Source of the DNA: an uncultured Actinomycetota bacterium
GTDB taxonomy: Bacteria > Actinomycetota > Actinomycetes > JACCUZ01
NCBI GenBank assembly: GCA_963771345.1
Contig: CAVYTH010000009.1
Location: 257-64,256, forward strand
Length of the DNA stretch: 64,000 bases
Direction: 5' to 3'
Position numbers and translations under genes: made by a program. Under the pieces are notes generated by a model that saw only the letters and a list, made by a program, of their open reading frames with translations, had not been told where the DNA came from and made no database searches. Below are positions 19,828 through 30,801 of the stretch, piece after piece. Each line of letters starts with the position of its first letter. Within the stretch, counting starts at the first letter, position 1.

Positions 19828-21021
19828 TCATCGCCGGAGTCGCCGTTCGCCTCCGGTGTCGAACGAGTCGCCGGTGCGGTCCAGGTGCGTCGCGACCAGC
19901 ACGCACGGCGGCACGGCGACGAGCACGACCAGCCACGGCACCGGCAGCCCCAGCGGCACGAGTGCGGCGGCGCCGAGGGTTGCCGCCGTGGCCAGCGCGA
20001 TGGGGACGACGCTGCGCCGGTAGCCCTCGCCGAGCGGAGCGTGCAGCAGCCACACCACGACCAGGTACACGGCCACCGGCAGCGCGATGGCGAGACCGAC
20101 CAGACCGTCCGGTGCGGCCACGTGGTGGCTGACCTCCTCGACCGCCACCTCCAGACCGGCCCCGAGCGCGGCCAGCGCGGCGAACACCCCGAAGTGGCCG
20201 TAGCCCCACCAGAACGCCCAGCTCGCGGCGTCGCGCGAGCCCGGCGCCGGCCTCCTTGAGGAAGTACATCCACCACAGGGCGAACAGCAGGCACCAGGCC
20301 GCCGCCGCCGACCAGCAGCAGGTCGAAGTCCCAGCCGGTGTCCTCGACCACCACCTGCAGTGCGACGTTGGCGGCGAGGACGCACTCCCCCAGCACGATG
20401 ATCGTGAACAGCCCGTACCGCTCGGCGATGTGGTGCGGGTGCCACGGCGTCATGCCGGCCCGCTCGGCCCACAGCGGCACGGCGAGCTCGGCCACGACCA
20501 GCACGAAGAACGCCGCGAGGGCGAGGTCGTGCGGGAGCAGCAGCCGCAGCAGCCAGCAGACCTGGACCAGCCCGATCCCGACGACGTACCGGATCGCGGT
20601 CTGCCGGTGCTCCGGGTCGCTGTGCGCGGCGCGGGCCCACTGGCCGATCATCGCCACCCGCATCACGACGTAGCCGATCGTGCCGGTGACGAAGTCCTGC
20701 GACTCGAACGCGTCGTGGATGCCGGCCGCGAAGACCAGGACGCCGGCCATCTGCAGCAGGGTCAGCAGGCGGTAGGGCACGTCGTCGGTGTCGTACGCCG
20801 AGGCGAACCAGGTGAAGTTCATCCAGGCCCACCAGATCGCGAAGAACACCATCAGGTAGCTGAGCAGCGAGTCGGCGGCGTGGTCGTCGGCGATGCCGTG
20901 GGCCAGCTCGGCGGCGACCTGCGGCCACCGCCACGACGAAGGTCAGGTCGAAGAGCAGCTCGAGCGGGGTGGACGCCCGGTGCTCCTCGTCGACCGCGCG
21001 GCCCTGCATCCGCGACCGCAT
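19828..21021 (-). CDS. ltrA: Low-temperature-requirement protein A (LtrA) family membrane protein, 2 frameshifts
   Basis: N-terminus 'RASTPLELLFDLTFVVAVAA' and C-terminus 'WAFWWGYGHFGVFAALAALG...' share one frame. The ~600-bp middle 'FFAIWWAWMNFTWFASAYDTDDVPYRLLTLLQMAGVLV...' is in another. Confidence 0.7.
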   Translation of the reverse strand: MRSRMQGRAVDEEHRASTPLELLFDLTFVVAVAAGRRRAGPRHRRRPRRRLAAQLPDGVLRDLVGLDELHLVRLGVRHRRRALPPADPAADGRRPGLRGRHPRRVRVAGLRHRHDRLRRDAGGDDRPVGPRRAQRPGAPADRDPVRRRDRAGPGLLAAAAAAPARPRPRGVLRAGRGRARRAAVGRAGRHDAVAPAPHRRAVRAVHDHRAGGVRPRRQRRTAGGGRGHRLGLRPAAGRRRRPGACCSPCGGCTSSRRPAPGSRDAASWAFWWGYGHFGVFAALAALGAGLEVAVEEVSHHVAAPDGLVGLAIALPVAVYLVVVWLLHAPLGEGYRRSVVPIALATAATLGAAALVPLGLPVPWLVVLVAVPPCVLVATHLDRTGDSFDTGGERRLRR

Positions 21022-21136
21022 CCGCACGCGGGGCAGCTGCGGCGCCGAGGTCATGCCCGGCACGCTAGCCACCGGCCCGCCCGGCGGTCAATGGTCAGTC
21101 CTTGACCTAGCCGGATCAAGGCCCTAGCCTTGCCGA

Positions 21137-21739
21137 ATGTTCGTGCTCACCGTGGACCAGCGACACAGCCGGCGCACCGTCGACCGGGTCGAGGCGCTGC
21201 TGCGCGACCTCGCGGCCCGCTCCCCCGAGCTGGAGCGGCCCTTCGAGCGGACTGCCGGTGACGAGGTGCAGGCCGTGCTCGCCCGTCCCGAGGTCGTGGT
21301 GGAGCTCGCCATGCTGCTGGTGCGGGACCGGGCCTGGTGGGTCGGCATCGGCATCGGGACGGTCGACGAGCCGTTGCCGGCGAGCACCCGCGCCGGGTCC
21401 GGGCCCGCGTTCAACTCCGCCCGGGCGGCGGTGACGGCCGCCAAGAACCGCTCGACCGGCCTGGCCGTCGTCGGCGCCGACGAGGCCTCCGCCCGCCGGG
21501 CCCAGACCGCCCTGGACCTGGTCGCCACCCTGCTGCAACGCCGCACCGACCGGGGCGTCGAGGCGGCTGCGCTGGCCCGGCAGGGCCTCACCCAGCTCGA
21601 GGCCGCCCAGCGGCTCGGCGTCAGCAAGCAGGCCGTGTCCCAGCGCCTGCAGGCCGCCGACTGGCACCTGGAGGCACCCGGCCGCGAGCTGGCGACGTAC
21701 CTGCTGTCCGAGGCCGATGACAGAGTGGGGCGATCGTGA
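21137..21739 (+). CDS. SatD-family protein
   Basis: 'MFVLTVDQRHSRRTVDRVEALL...' (SatD N-terminus, recalled from memory) plus a C-terminal HTH-like segment 'GLTQLEAAQRLGVSKQAVSQRL'. Confidence 0.5.
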   Translation: MFVLTVDQRHSRRTVDRVEALLRDLAARSPELERPFERTAGDEVQAVLARPEVVVELAMLLVRDRAWWVGIGIGTVDEPLPASTRAGSGPAFNSARAAVTAAKNRSTGLAVVGADEASARRAQTALDLVATLLQRRTDRGVEAAALARQGLTQLEAAQRLGVSKQAVSQRLQAADWHLEAPGRELATYLLSEADDRVGRS

Positions 21740-22365
21740 CGACTCTCGCCCTGCTGCTCCTGCTGCTGTCCGCCCTGGCCCCGCTGCTCGACCGTCCGCT
21801 GCGCCGGGTCGTGGTCGACCCGTCCTGCCGGTGGCGGCGCTGGCCGCCGTGCTGCTCGCGGCCGCTGCTGCCACGGCGGCAGCCGCGGACGACAGCGACG
21901 GGCTGGCAGCGCGCAGCCGCCGCGGTGCTCGGCGTCCTCGTCGCGGTGACTGCGGGCAGCCACGTCGTCCGCGCGGTCTTCCGGCTGACCCGGCGCGAGT
22001 ACCGGCTGGTCCGCGCCGGCCGGCCAGCGCGTGAGCCGGTTGAGGCGGCACCGGCCGCACCGACGGCACCGGCGGCCGGCGGCACCGGCGAGATGGAGCT
22101 GGAGGCGCCCGGCTCGGTGCTCAAGGGCGGCGCCTGGATCGGCTATCTCGAGCGCGGCGCCGTCGCGGGCACCCTGCTGGCGGGCTTCCCCGAAGGGCTC
22201 GCCCTGGTGCTCGCGGTCAAGGGCGTCGGCCGCTACTCCGAGCTGCGCGACTCCGGCCGCGCGGGCGGTCTCGGGTCGGACGCGCCGGAGGAGTTCATCA
22301 TCGGCACGCTGGCGAGCCTGCTCTGGGCGGCCGCCGCGGCCGGCACGGCGACGCTGCTCCGCTGA
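21736..22365 (+). CDS. DUF3307 (SatC-like) membrane protein, paired indels ~21830/21920
   Basis: GTGA start/stop overlap with the SatD gene. Hydrophobic 'MTTLALLLLLLSALAPLLD', 'AAAVLGVLVAVTAG' and C-terminal 'GAWIGYLERGAVAGTLLAGFPEGLALVLAVKGVGRY'. Confidence 0.5.
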   Translation: MTTLALLLLLLSALAPLLDRPLRRVVVDPSCRWRRWPPCCSRPLLPRRQPRTTATGWQRAAAAVLGVLVAVTAGSHVVRAVFRLTRREYRLVRAGRPAREPVEAAPAAPTAPAAGGTGEMELEAPGSVLKGGAWIGYLERGAVAGTLLAGFPEGLALVLAVKGVGRYSELRDSGRAGGLGSDAPEEFIIGTLASLLWAAAAAGTATLLR

Positions 22366-22400
22366 CCCGCTTACCGCGATCCGGCGGTACCTCTACTACG

Positions 22401-23410
22401 GTGTCCGTCATGCGCATCTTGATGATCGGCGGCACCCGCTTCATCGGCCGGCACGTGGTCGAGGCGGCCCTGGCCGGCGGCCACGACGTCACCCTGTTCC
22501 ACCGCGGCCGCACCGGGGCCGACCTGTTCCCGGACGTCGAGCACCGGCTGGGCGACCGGGACACCGACCTCTCGGAGCTCGGCGAACGGCGAGTGGGACG
22601 CGACCGTCGACACCTGCGCCTACTTCCCGCGGCAGGTGCAGTCGCTGGCCGACGCCCTCGGCGGCCGCGGCGGTCACCACCTGCTGGTGTCCAGCGTCTC
22701 GGCGTACGCCGCGCCGGACGGACCGGGCATCACCGAGGACGCGCCGCTCGCGGAGCTCGACGACCCGGACGTCCAGGAGGTCACCAACGAGACGTACGGC
22801 GGCCTCAAGGTGCTGTGCGAGCGCGCCGCGGTCGACCGGCACGGTCCGGACACGCTGCTCATCCGGCCGACGTACGTCGTCGGGCCGGACGACTACACCT
22901 GGCGCTTCCCGTGGTGGGTCGCGCGGCTGGCCCGCGGCGGCGAGGTGCTGGTCCCCGGCCCGAAGGACGCTCCGGCCCAGGTCATCGACGTACGCGACAT
23001 GGGCTCCTGGATGGTGTCGCTGCTGGACCAGGGCGCATCCGGTGCGTTCCACGCCGTGAGCCCGTCGGCGGAGTTCACCTGGCAGCAGCAGGTCGAGGCG
23101 ATCGCCGACGCGGTCGCGCCGGCCGGGACCACGCTCACCTGGGTCGACAGCGAGTTCGTCCTGGCGGCCGGGCTGCCCGAGGGCGACCTGCCGCTGTGGA
23201 GCGGTGACGACCCCGAGGTGTGGAGCATGGCCGCGGACCCGGCCAAGGCCTACGGCACCGGGCTGTCGCCGCGGCCGCTGGCCGACACGGTCCGCGACAC
23301 GCTGGCGTGGATCGGGACGGTCGAGCAGCCGGCCGACGCCGGCCTCGCCCCGGCCCGCGAGCAGGAGCTGCTCGCCGCCTGGCACGCCCGCAGCCTGACG
23401 CCGGCGAGTC
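22401..23410 (+). CDS. NAD-dependent epimerase/dehydratase-family (SDR) protein, indel ~22585
   Basis: 'MRILMIGGTRFIGRHVVEAALAGGHDVTLFHRG' is a Rossmann GxxGxxG motif. The second frame has '...LLVSSVSAYAAPDGPGITEDAP...YGGLKVLCERA...TYVVGPDDYTWRFPWWV'. The 3' end is uncertain. Confidence 0.7.
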
Positions 23411-23413
23411 GGC

Positions 23414-24644
23414 TCAGGACTCGGTGTACATCACGATGCCGAGGCACATCTCGTCCGAGGTGCCCTCGCCCCACATCACGTAGCGCGGCTGCTCGTTCTC
23501 CAGCTCGGGGATCATGCCGCGCAGCTCGGCGTCGTGCTTGCAGGTGACGCGCAGCGTGTCGCCGGCCCGCACCTGGGCCGGCTTCTTCAGCGCGGTCGCG
23601 CCCTGGTTGTCGAAGTCCCAGACCGGCCGCTTGAGCAGGGTCCGCTCCCGCGATCCGCCGGGGTCGAGGGTGACGCTGATCGACCGGCCGAGCAGGTGCA
23701 TGTGGCCGGCGACCGCCCGCACCTCCATGTCGTGCTCGACCCGGCGGTCGCAGTGCTGGGTCCGGCCGGCCCGGGGCTCGGTGAAGCTGCCGTCGCAGAG
23801 CAGCTGAAGGCCCGCGACCGTGCGGCCGGCGTTGTCCCCGAACCGGCGGACCAGGTCGTTGACCGCGACGGTCCGGTCGCACAGCGCGCCGGACTCATCC
23901 GGCAGGCAGGGCAGCTCGACCGGCGCGACCAGCAGCATCGTCTGCAGCGCCTCGAGGTCGGCGCCGGGCTTGGCCAGCCGGAGCCGCACCGCGGTCTTGT
24001 CCGGCTCGGTGCCCTCGCGCAGGTTGTAGTGGACCTGCAGGATGACCCGGCTGCCCTTGGCGACGAACTTGCCGGTGCCCTTGCCGAAGACCGCCTCCCC
24101 GCCGCCGGGCGCCCAGGCGGCGAGCCACGGCGCCGAGTCCAGCGCCCGCACAGCCGTCGTCGTCCGGTTGGGCAGCGCGGTGCCGCCGAAGCAGGTCCAG
24201 CCGCGGCCGGCGGTCTGCGCGTCGTGCGCCTCCGCCTGGGCCACCTGGTCGGGGGCGACCGTGAACAGGATCGCGTGGTGGACGACGTCGGGGTTGCCCG
24301 GCAGCACGTCGCTGCCGGTGACGAAGGTGTCGGCCGCCAGGTGCGGGTCGAGCAGGAAGCAGTGGTAGTCGTCCTTGCCGCCGGACGGCGCGGACGGCGT
24401 GTACGGACCGCCGGGCACCTCGAGGGTCTGGAACCGCTCGCCCGCGCGCAGCGGCACCGGCTGGCGGCGCCTCGACCGGCTCGTCGTGGTCGTCGTCCAC
24501 CTCCTCCGGCGACGCGGATGGTGCCGGCGACTTCTGCACCGCCGCGGCCGAGTCGGGCGGCTGGTCCCCGGACGCCGAGCAGCCCGGCACGAGCAGGACG
24601 ACCGCCGCCAGCAGCGCCGGCGCCGCCCAGCGAGAACGACCCAT
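23414..24644 (-). CDS. Copper type-II ascorbate-dependent monooxygenase-like (PHM/DBH family) lipoprotein, indel ~24440
   Basis: Lipoprotein signal 'MGRSRWAAPALLAAVVLLVPGCSAS'. Cu-site-like motifs 'HHAILF', 'HMHLLG' and 'DEMCLGIVMY'. The signal peptide and catalytic body are in different frames. Confidence 0.65.
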
Positions 24645-24740
24645 CGGCCGGAGCCTAGGCGGACCGGACGCGCCGCGAGGGCTTCCCGGCCGGTCCGGTG
24701 GGTAAGCCCCTCTGGTCCGGTCCCCCACCTGGAGGCCGCC

Positions 24741-25594
24741 ATGAGCTCGCCGCCGAAGCCCGCAGCACCGCCAGCACCGCCAGCACGCGCCGAAGGGCAC
24801 GCCCGCCAGGCCGCCAACAGCGCCGTGGCTGGACCGGGCGGCCCGGCTCGGGTTCGTCGCCAAGGGCCTGGTCTACGCGCTGATCGGCGTACTCGACCTT
24901 GCAGGTGGCCTTCGGCGACTCGGAGCAGACCGACCAGAACGGCGCGCTGCAGAGCATCGCCGAGAAGCCGGGCGGGAGCATCGTGCTCTGGCTGATGGTG
25001 CTCGGCTTCCTGGCGTACGCCGGCTGGCGGTTCAGCGAGGCGGCCTGGGGCCGGCGCGACGAGACCGACGAGAAGAAGCGCACGGCCAAGCGGCTCGGGC
25101 TCGGCGGCGAACGGGCTGGTCTACCTCGCCTTCGCGGTGCTGGCGTTCCGCACCGTCACGCACTCCTCGTCCTCGAGCAGCACCGCCGACGATCACGGCC
25201 AAGGTGCTCGAGTGGCCGGGCGGCCAGGTCCTGGTCGTGATCGCCGGGCTGGTCGTCATCGCGATCGCGATCGGCCCTGACCTGGCGCGGCCTGAAGACC
25301 GACTTCGAGAAGCACCTCAACACCGCGAGCATGAGCCGCACCACGTTCACCGCCGTACGCCGGCTCGGGCAGGTCGGCTACATCGCCCGCGGCGTCGTGT
25401 TCCTGCTCGTCGGCATCCTGGTCATCAAGGCCGCGATCGACCACGAGCCCGGGCAAGGCCGCGGGCTTCGACGTCGCGCTGAAGAGCCTGGCGGGGGCGC
25501 CGTTCGGTCAGGTTCCTGCTGGTGGCTCGCCGGCCTCGGCCTGGTCTGCTTCGGCGCCTACTGCGTCGCCGAGGCGCGCTACCGCCGGCTCTGA
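24741..25594 (+). CDS. DUF1206 membrane protein (three DUF1206 repeats), about 6 frameshifts
   Basis: Repeats 'AWLDRAARLGFVAKGLVYALIGVL', 'SIVLWLMVLGFLAYAGWRFSEA', 'ANGLVYLAFAVLAF', 'LEWPGGQVLVVIAGLVVIAIAIG', 'RRLGQVGYIARGVVFLLVGILVIKAA' and '...LVCFGAYCVAEARYRRL*' are spread over three frames. RBS 'ggagg' lies before ATG 24741. Confidence 0.5.
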
Positions 25595-26409
25595 CAGCTC
25601 CGGCGCCGAGCGCGTAGAACGCGACCGCGGCGGCCGCCGCGACGTTGAGCGAGTCGACGCCGGCCGCCATCGGGATCCGCACCCGCAGGTCGGCTGAGCG
25701 CCAGCGCCGGCGTCCGACAGCCCGGCGCCCTCGGCGCCGAGCATCAGCGCGGTCGCGCGGTCGACGCTCGGGCGGGCAGCTCGTCGAGCGAGGTCGCGTC
25801 GGCGTCGGGGGTCAGCGCGAGGACGGTGAACCCGAGGTCGCGTACGTCGGCCAGCGCCGCCGGCCACGGAGTCAGCCGGGCCCACGGCACGGCGAAGACG
25901 GCGCCCATCGAGACCTTGACCGACCGCCGGTAGAGCGGGTCGGCGCAGCGCGGGTCGAGCAGCACCGCGTCGACACCGAGCCCGGCTGCGCTACGGAAGA
26001 CCGCGCCGATGTTGGTGTGGTCGTTGACGTCCTCGAGCACCACCAGCCGGCGCGCGCCGGCCGCGCAGCTCGAGCGGCGTCGGGCAGCGGCCGTGCGCGC
26101 CATCGCGGCCAGCGCACCGCGGTGCACGGAGTAGCCCGTGACCTGCTCGAGCGACGGCCGGCTCGGCGAGGTAGACCGGGGCGTCGACCTGCTCGACGAC
26201 GTCGGCCATCGCCGGCAGCCACTTCTCCTCGAGCAGCATCGAGCGCATCGCGTAGCCCGCGTCCAGCGCCCGCCGGATGACCTTCTCGCCCTCGGCGATG
26301 AACAGGCCCTCGGCCGGCTCGCGGCGGCGCCGCAGCGCGACGTCGGTCAGGCCGACGTAGTCGCCCAGCCGTTCGTCGTCGGCGGCGGTGACCCGGCGTA
26401 CGGTCCCCA
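25425..26409 (-). CDS. TrmH/SpoU-family RNA 2'-O-methyltransferase, about 3 frameshifts
   Basis: 'RLVVLEDVNDHTNIGAVFRSAAGLGVDAVLL', '...SVKVSMGAVFAVPW' and the C-terminal 'RIPMAAGVDSLNVAAAAAVAFYAL' are SpoU motifs. The ATG overlaps the TGA of the upstream TSUP gene. Confidence 0.7.
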
Positions 26410-27175
26410 TCAGCCCCACCAGTCGAACACGATCGCGACGATGGCGACCACGCCGACCACCACGACGAGCGCGCGCAGCCACGGCGCCGGCACCCGGCGG
26501 CCGACCGACGCGCCGACCTGTCCCCCGACGATCGCGCCGAGGGCGATCAGCCCGGCGGCGAGCCACGCGACGTCGGTGACCGCGATGAACACGAGAGCCG
26601 CGACCAGGTTCACCAGGCCGGCCAGGACGTTCTTCGCGGCGTTGATGCGCTGCAGGTCCTCGTCGAGCAGCAGACCCATGACGGCAATCAGCAGCACACC
26701 CTGCGCCGCGCCGAAGTAGCCCCCGTAGATGCCCGCGCCGAGCACACCGGCGTACAGCAGCCAGCCGCCGTGGTGTCGTTCCGTCCGGCCGCGCCGGGCG
26801 AGCCAGCCGGACAGCCGCGGCTGGAGCGACGACGAGGACACAGGCCAGACCGATCAGGACGGGTACGACGGCCTGGAACGCGTCGGCCGGCAGCACCAGC
26901 AGCGCAGCCGCCCCCAGGACGGCACCGATCACCGACGCCGAGCCGAGCCGGAGCAGGCGCGAGCGCTGGCCGGTCAGCTCCGCGCGGTAGCCGAACGCGC
27001 CGCTCGCCGAGCCGGGCACCAGGCCCACCGTGTTGCTGACGTTGGCGAGGACCGGCGGGTAGCCCACGGCGAGGAGCACCGGGAAGGTGATCAGGGTCCC
27101 GGAGCCGACCACGGTGTTGATCGTGCCTGCGGCGAGCCCGGCCAGCGCCACCGCCAGCATCTCCCACCCGGTCAC
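26410..27175 (-). CDS. TSUP (TauE/SafE) family membrane transporter, indel ~26820
   Basis: 'MLAVALAGLAAGTINTVVGSGTLITFPVLLAVGYPPVLANVSNTVGL' and the second half 'YAGVLGAGIYGGYFGAAQGVLLIAVMGLLL...NAAKNVLAGLVNLVAAL' are in two frames. Confidence 0.75.
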
Positions 27176-27268
27176 GGCCGCTGCTCAGCGACGCGGGCGT
27201 GGCTCACCCGGCGACCCTATGCGAGCGCTCCGGTCAAGCCGCGGCGGCTCGGCGCCGACGTAGCAAGG

Positions 27269-28369
27269 GTGACCCGCCCGCGCCGCTTGGCCGTGCTGGT
27301 GGCCGGCGTCGTGCTGCTCGCCGGCCTGCCGGCCGCCTCGGCACGCGCCGGGCTGTCCGTGCGGTCCGAGTCCGCGGCCGATGCGCAGGCCGAGGCCCAG
27401 GCCGCCGCCGACCGGGTCGCGGCCATGCAACCCGGCGTGGAGCGGGCGCTGCGCGCCTACGACCGGGCGCTGGCCGACCTCGCCAGCGGCGTCACCCGCA
27501 CGATCAGCGCCCAGCAGGCTGCCGACCAGGCCGCTGTGCTGTCTGCGGGCGACCGCCGGGCGGCGCACTCCCGGGTCCGCGCCCTCTACATGGCCGGCGG
27601 CTCGACGGCGCTGATGGCCAGCGTGTTCGGAGCGACCGACGCCACCGATGCGCTGCGCCGGGTCGCGTACGTGCAGCGGCTGGTGCAGTCCGGCGCGGCC
27701 GTCGCGGCGACGAGCGCCGAGCCAGACCGACGGCCCTGCGCGCCCGGGCCGACGCCCTGCAGCTAGCGGCCGAGGCCAGCACCACCACGGCGTCAGACGT
27801 GCAGCGCCGGTACGAGGAGATGGTCGCCGCGCTGGCGCAGGCGAACGCCGAGCTGGCCCAGCTCAGTCGAGCGGGCCCGCAGGCTCGCGGCGGCCGAGGC
27901 GGCAGCGGCCCGGATCTCGGCGCTGAACGCAGCCGTCGCCGCATCGGGTGAGGCGCGGGTCGCCACCGCCCGCGCCAGCGACGTCGTGCCTGCCGACTTC
28001 CAGCGGCTGTACGTCGCCGCGGCGAAGACCTGCCGGGGCATGTCCTGGACGCTGCTCGCGGCGATCGGGCAGGTCGAGACCGGGCACGGCGCGACCACGG
28101 CGTCGTCGTACGCCGGTGCGCAGGGCCCGATGCAGTTCATGCCGGCCACCTTCGCGATGTACGGCGTCGACGGGGACGGCGACGGCGACCGCGACATCTC
28201 CGACCCGGCGGACGCGGTGTTCAGCGCGGCGCACTACCTCTGCTCGAACGGGGCGGGCCGCAGCGCCGAGGCGACGGCGCGCGCGATCTGGCACTACAAC
28301 CACGCCGACTGGTACGTCGCCCTGGTGCTGAAGCTGGCCGGCCAGTACGCCGAACGCGACGGCGGCTGA
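27269..28369 (+). CDS. Secreted coiled-coil protein with a C-terminal lytic-transglycosylase (SLT-like) domain, 2 frameshifts
   Basis: GTG start and signal 'VTRPRRLAVLVAGVVLLAGLPAASA'. An Ala/Gln-rich heptad region follows. The C-terminus 'CRGMSWTLLAAIGQVETGHG...GPMQFMPATFAMYGVDGDGDGDRDISDPADAVFSAAHYL' is SLT-like. Confidence 0.6.
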
Positions 28370-28402
28370 CCGGCGTACCGGCTGCTCGCCGGATCAGTCG
28401 TG

Positions 28403-29322
28403 TCAGACCGGTCGGATCGGCGGCGTGCTGTCGCCGCCGCCGCTGCCGCCGAGCATCGCCGCCGATGCCCTTGAGCGCCTCGCCGAGCTCGCTCGGGACG
28501 ATCCAGACCTTGTTGGCGTCGCCCTGGGCGATCTTCGGCAGCACCTGGAGGTACTGGTAGGCCAGCAGCTTCTGGTCCGGGTTGCCGGCGTGGATGGCGT
28601 CGAAGACCTTCTGGATGGCCTGCGCCTCGCCGTCGGCGCGCAGCACCGCGGCCTGCGCGTCACCCTCGGCCTTGAGGATCGACGCCTGCCGCTCGCCCTC
28701 GGCGGTGAGGATCTGCGACTGCTTGAAGCCCTCCGCGGTGAGGATCGTGGCGCGCTTCTCGCGGTCGGCGCGCATCTGCTTCTCCATCGAGTCCTGGATG
28801 GAGGTGGGCGGGTCGATGGCCTTGATCTCGACCCGGTTGACGCGGATGCCCCACTTGCCGGTGGCCTCGTCGAGCACGCCGCGCAGCGCGGCGTTGATGT
28901 GGTCGCGGGAGGTCAGGGTCTCCTCCAGGTTCAGGTTGCCGACCACGTTGCGCAGGGTCGTGACGGTGAGCTGCTCGACGCCCTGGATGTAGTTGGCGAT
29001 CTCGTAGGTCGCGGCCTTGGCGTCGGTGACCTGGAAGTAGATGACCGTGTCGATGCCGACGACCAGGTTGTCGGCGGTGATGACCGGCTGCGGCGGGAAC
29101 GAGACGACCTGCTCGCGCAGGTCGATCAGCGGCCGGAGCCGGTCGATGAACGGCACCAGGATCGACAGGCCCGGCGTCAGGGTGCGGGAGTAGCGGCCGA
29201 GCCGCTCGACCACGCCGGCCCGGGCCTGCGGCACGATCCGCACGGTCTTGGCCAGCGCGATGAGCACCATCAGCAGCAGGATTGCCGCGACGGCGACGAG
29301 CGACGATCGAGTCCGACTCCAT
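28403..29322 (-). CDS. SPFH/band-7 (stomatin/prohibitin-like) membrane protein, indels at start and ~28455
   Basis: 'LLLMVLIALAKTVRIVPQARAGVVERLGRYSRTLTPGLSILVPFID...' matches the SPFH core. The ATG immediately follows the NfeD TAG. Confidence 0.8.
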
Positions 29323-29740
29323 CTAGATCTCCGATTCGTAGACGATGGCGGTGGCGCCGTCGATCTGCACGATCTCGACGTGGCGACCCGCCTCGATGCT
29401 GGCCGTCGGGTCGTAGGCGCGGGCCGACCACACCTCGCCCTTGAGCTTGATCCGGCCGTTCTGCGCCGTCGACCGGCTCGAGGACCAGACCGCGCTCGCC
29501 GATCAGCGCGGCGGTGCCGGTGCGGATCGCGTGCGGGGTGCGCAGGTGGCGCAGCGCCACCGGCCGGACGACGGCGAGCATCGCCACCGACACGACGAGG
29601 GCGACGAGCACCTGCACGACGACCTGGTCGGTGACCAGCGCGGTGATGGCCCCGGCGAACGCGCCGGCCGCGAGCATCGCGAAGACCAGGTCGAGGGTCG
29701 TCACCTCGACGATGCCGAGCACGACCGCGAGCCGATCCAC
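29323..29740 (-). CDS. NfeD-family (short form) membrane protein, partner of the SPFH gene; indel ~29440
   Basis: GTG start 'VDRLAVVLGIVEVTTLDLVFAMLAAGAFAGAITALV...'. The OB-fold tail 'GRIKLKGEVWSARAYDPTASIEAGRHVEIVQIDGATAIVYESEI*' is in a second frame. Confidence 0.7.
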
Positions 29741-29878
29741 GCGACCCAGTCGTAGTCCCCGATGCCGTCCACGTCGCCATCCTATTGAGCGGCCACTTGT
29801 CACCCCGCCCAACGCACCGTTCCCCGCCCGCGTTCCACCCGTTCTGCCGAGGGTCAGCCCCCGCCGCCTTGGCCGCAG

Positions 29879-29963
29879 TTGACCACGTATGGCAGGCGAG
29901 TCGGTACTTTGCGAGGCGCAGGTGCCTCGCAAAGTACTCATACGCCTGCCATACGTGGTCGAC
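29879..29963. repeat. ~85-bp imperfect palindromic element, copy 1 (arms gaccacgtatggcaggcg...gtactttgcgaggc / gcctcgcaaagtac...cgcctgccatacgtggtc)
   Basis: Read directly from the sequence. Stems of 18 bp and 14 bp with an internal bulge and a 6-nt loop 'gcaggt'. Intergenic between the NfeD start and the ABC-ATPase stop. A second copy lies at 50091-50174 in the opposite orientation. Confidence 0.75.
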
Positions 29964-29973
29964 GGCAGAGGCG

Positions 29974-30758
<785 letters not shown>

Positions 30759-30801
30759 GCGGCCCAACCTATCCAGCGGCCGGCGACCTACCCTGACCGG
30801 C

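Noticed and set aside
18902-20269. 455-aa minus ORF and 431-aa plus ORF (18964-20259)
   Set aside because: They overlap the DHFR-like and ltrA genes in other frames and have an Arg/Gly-rich composition. They are GC artefacts.
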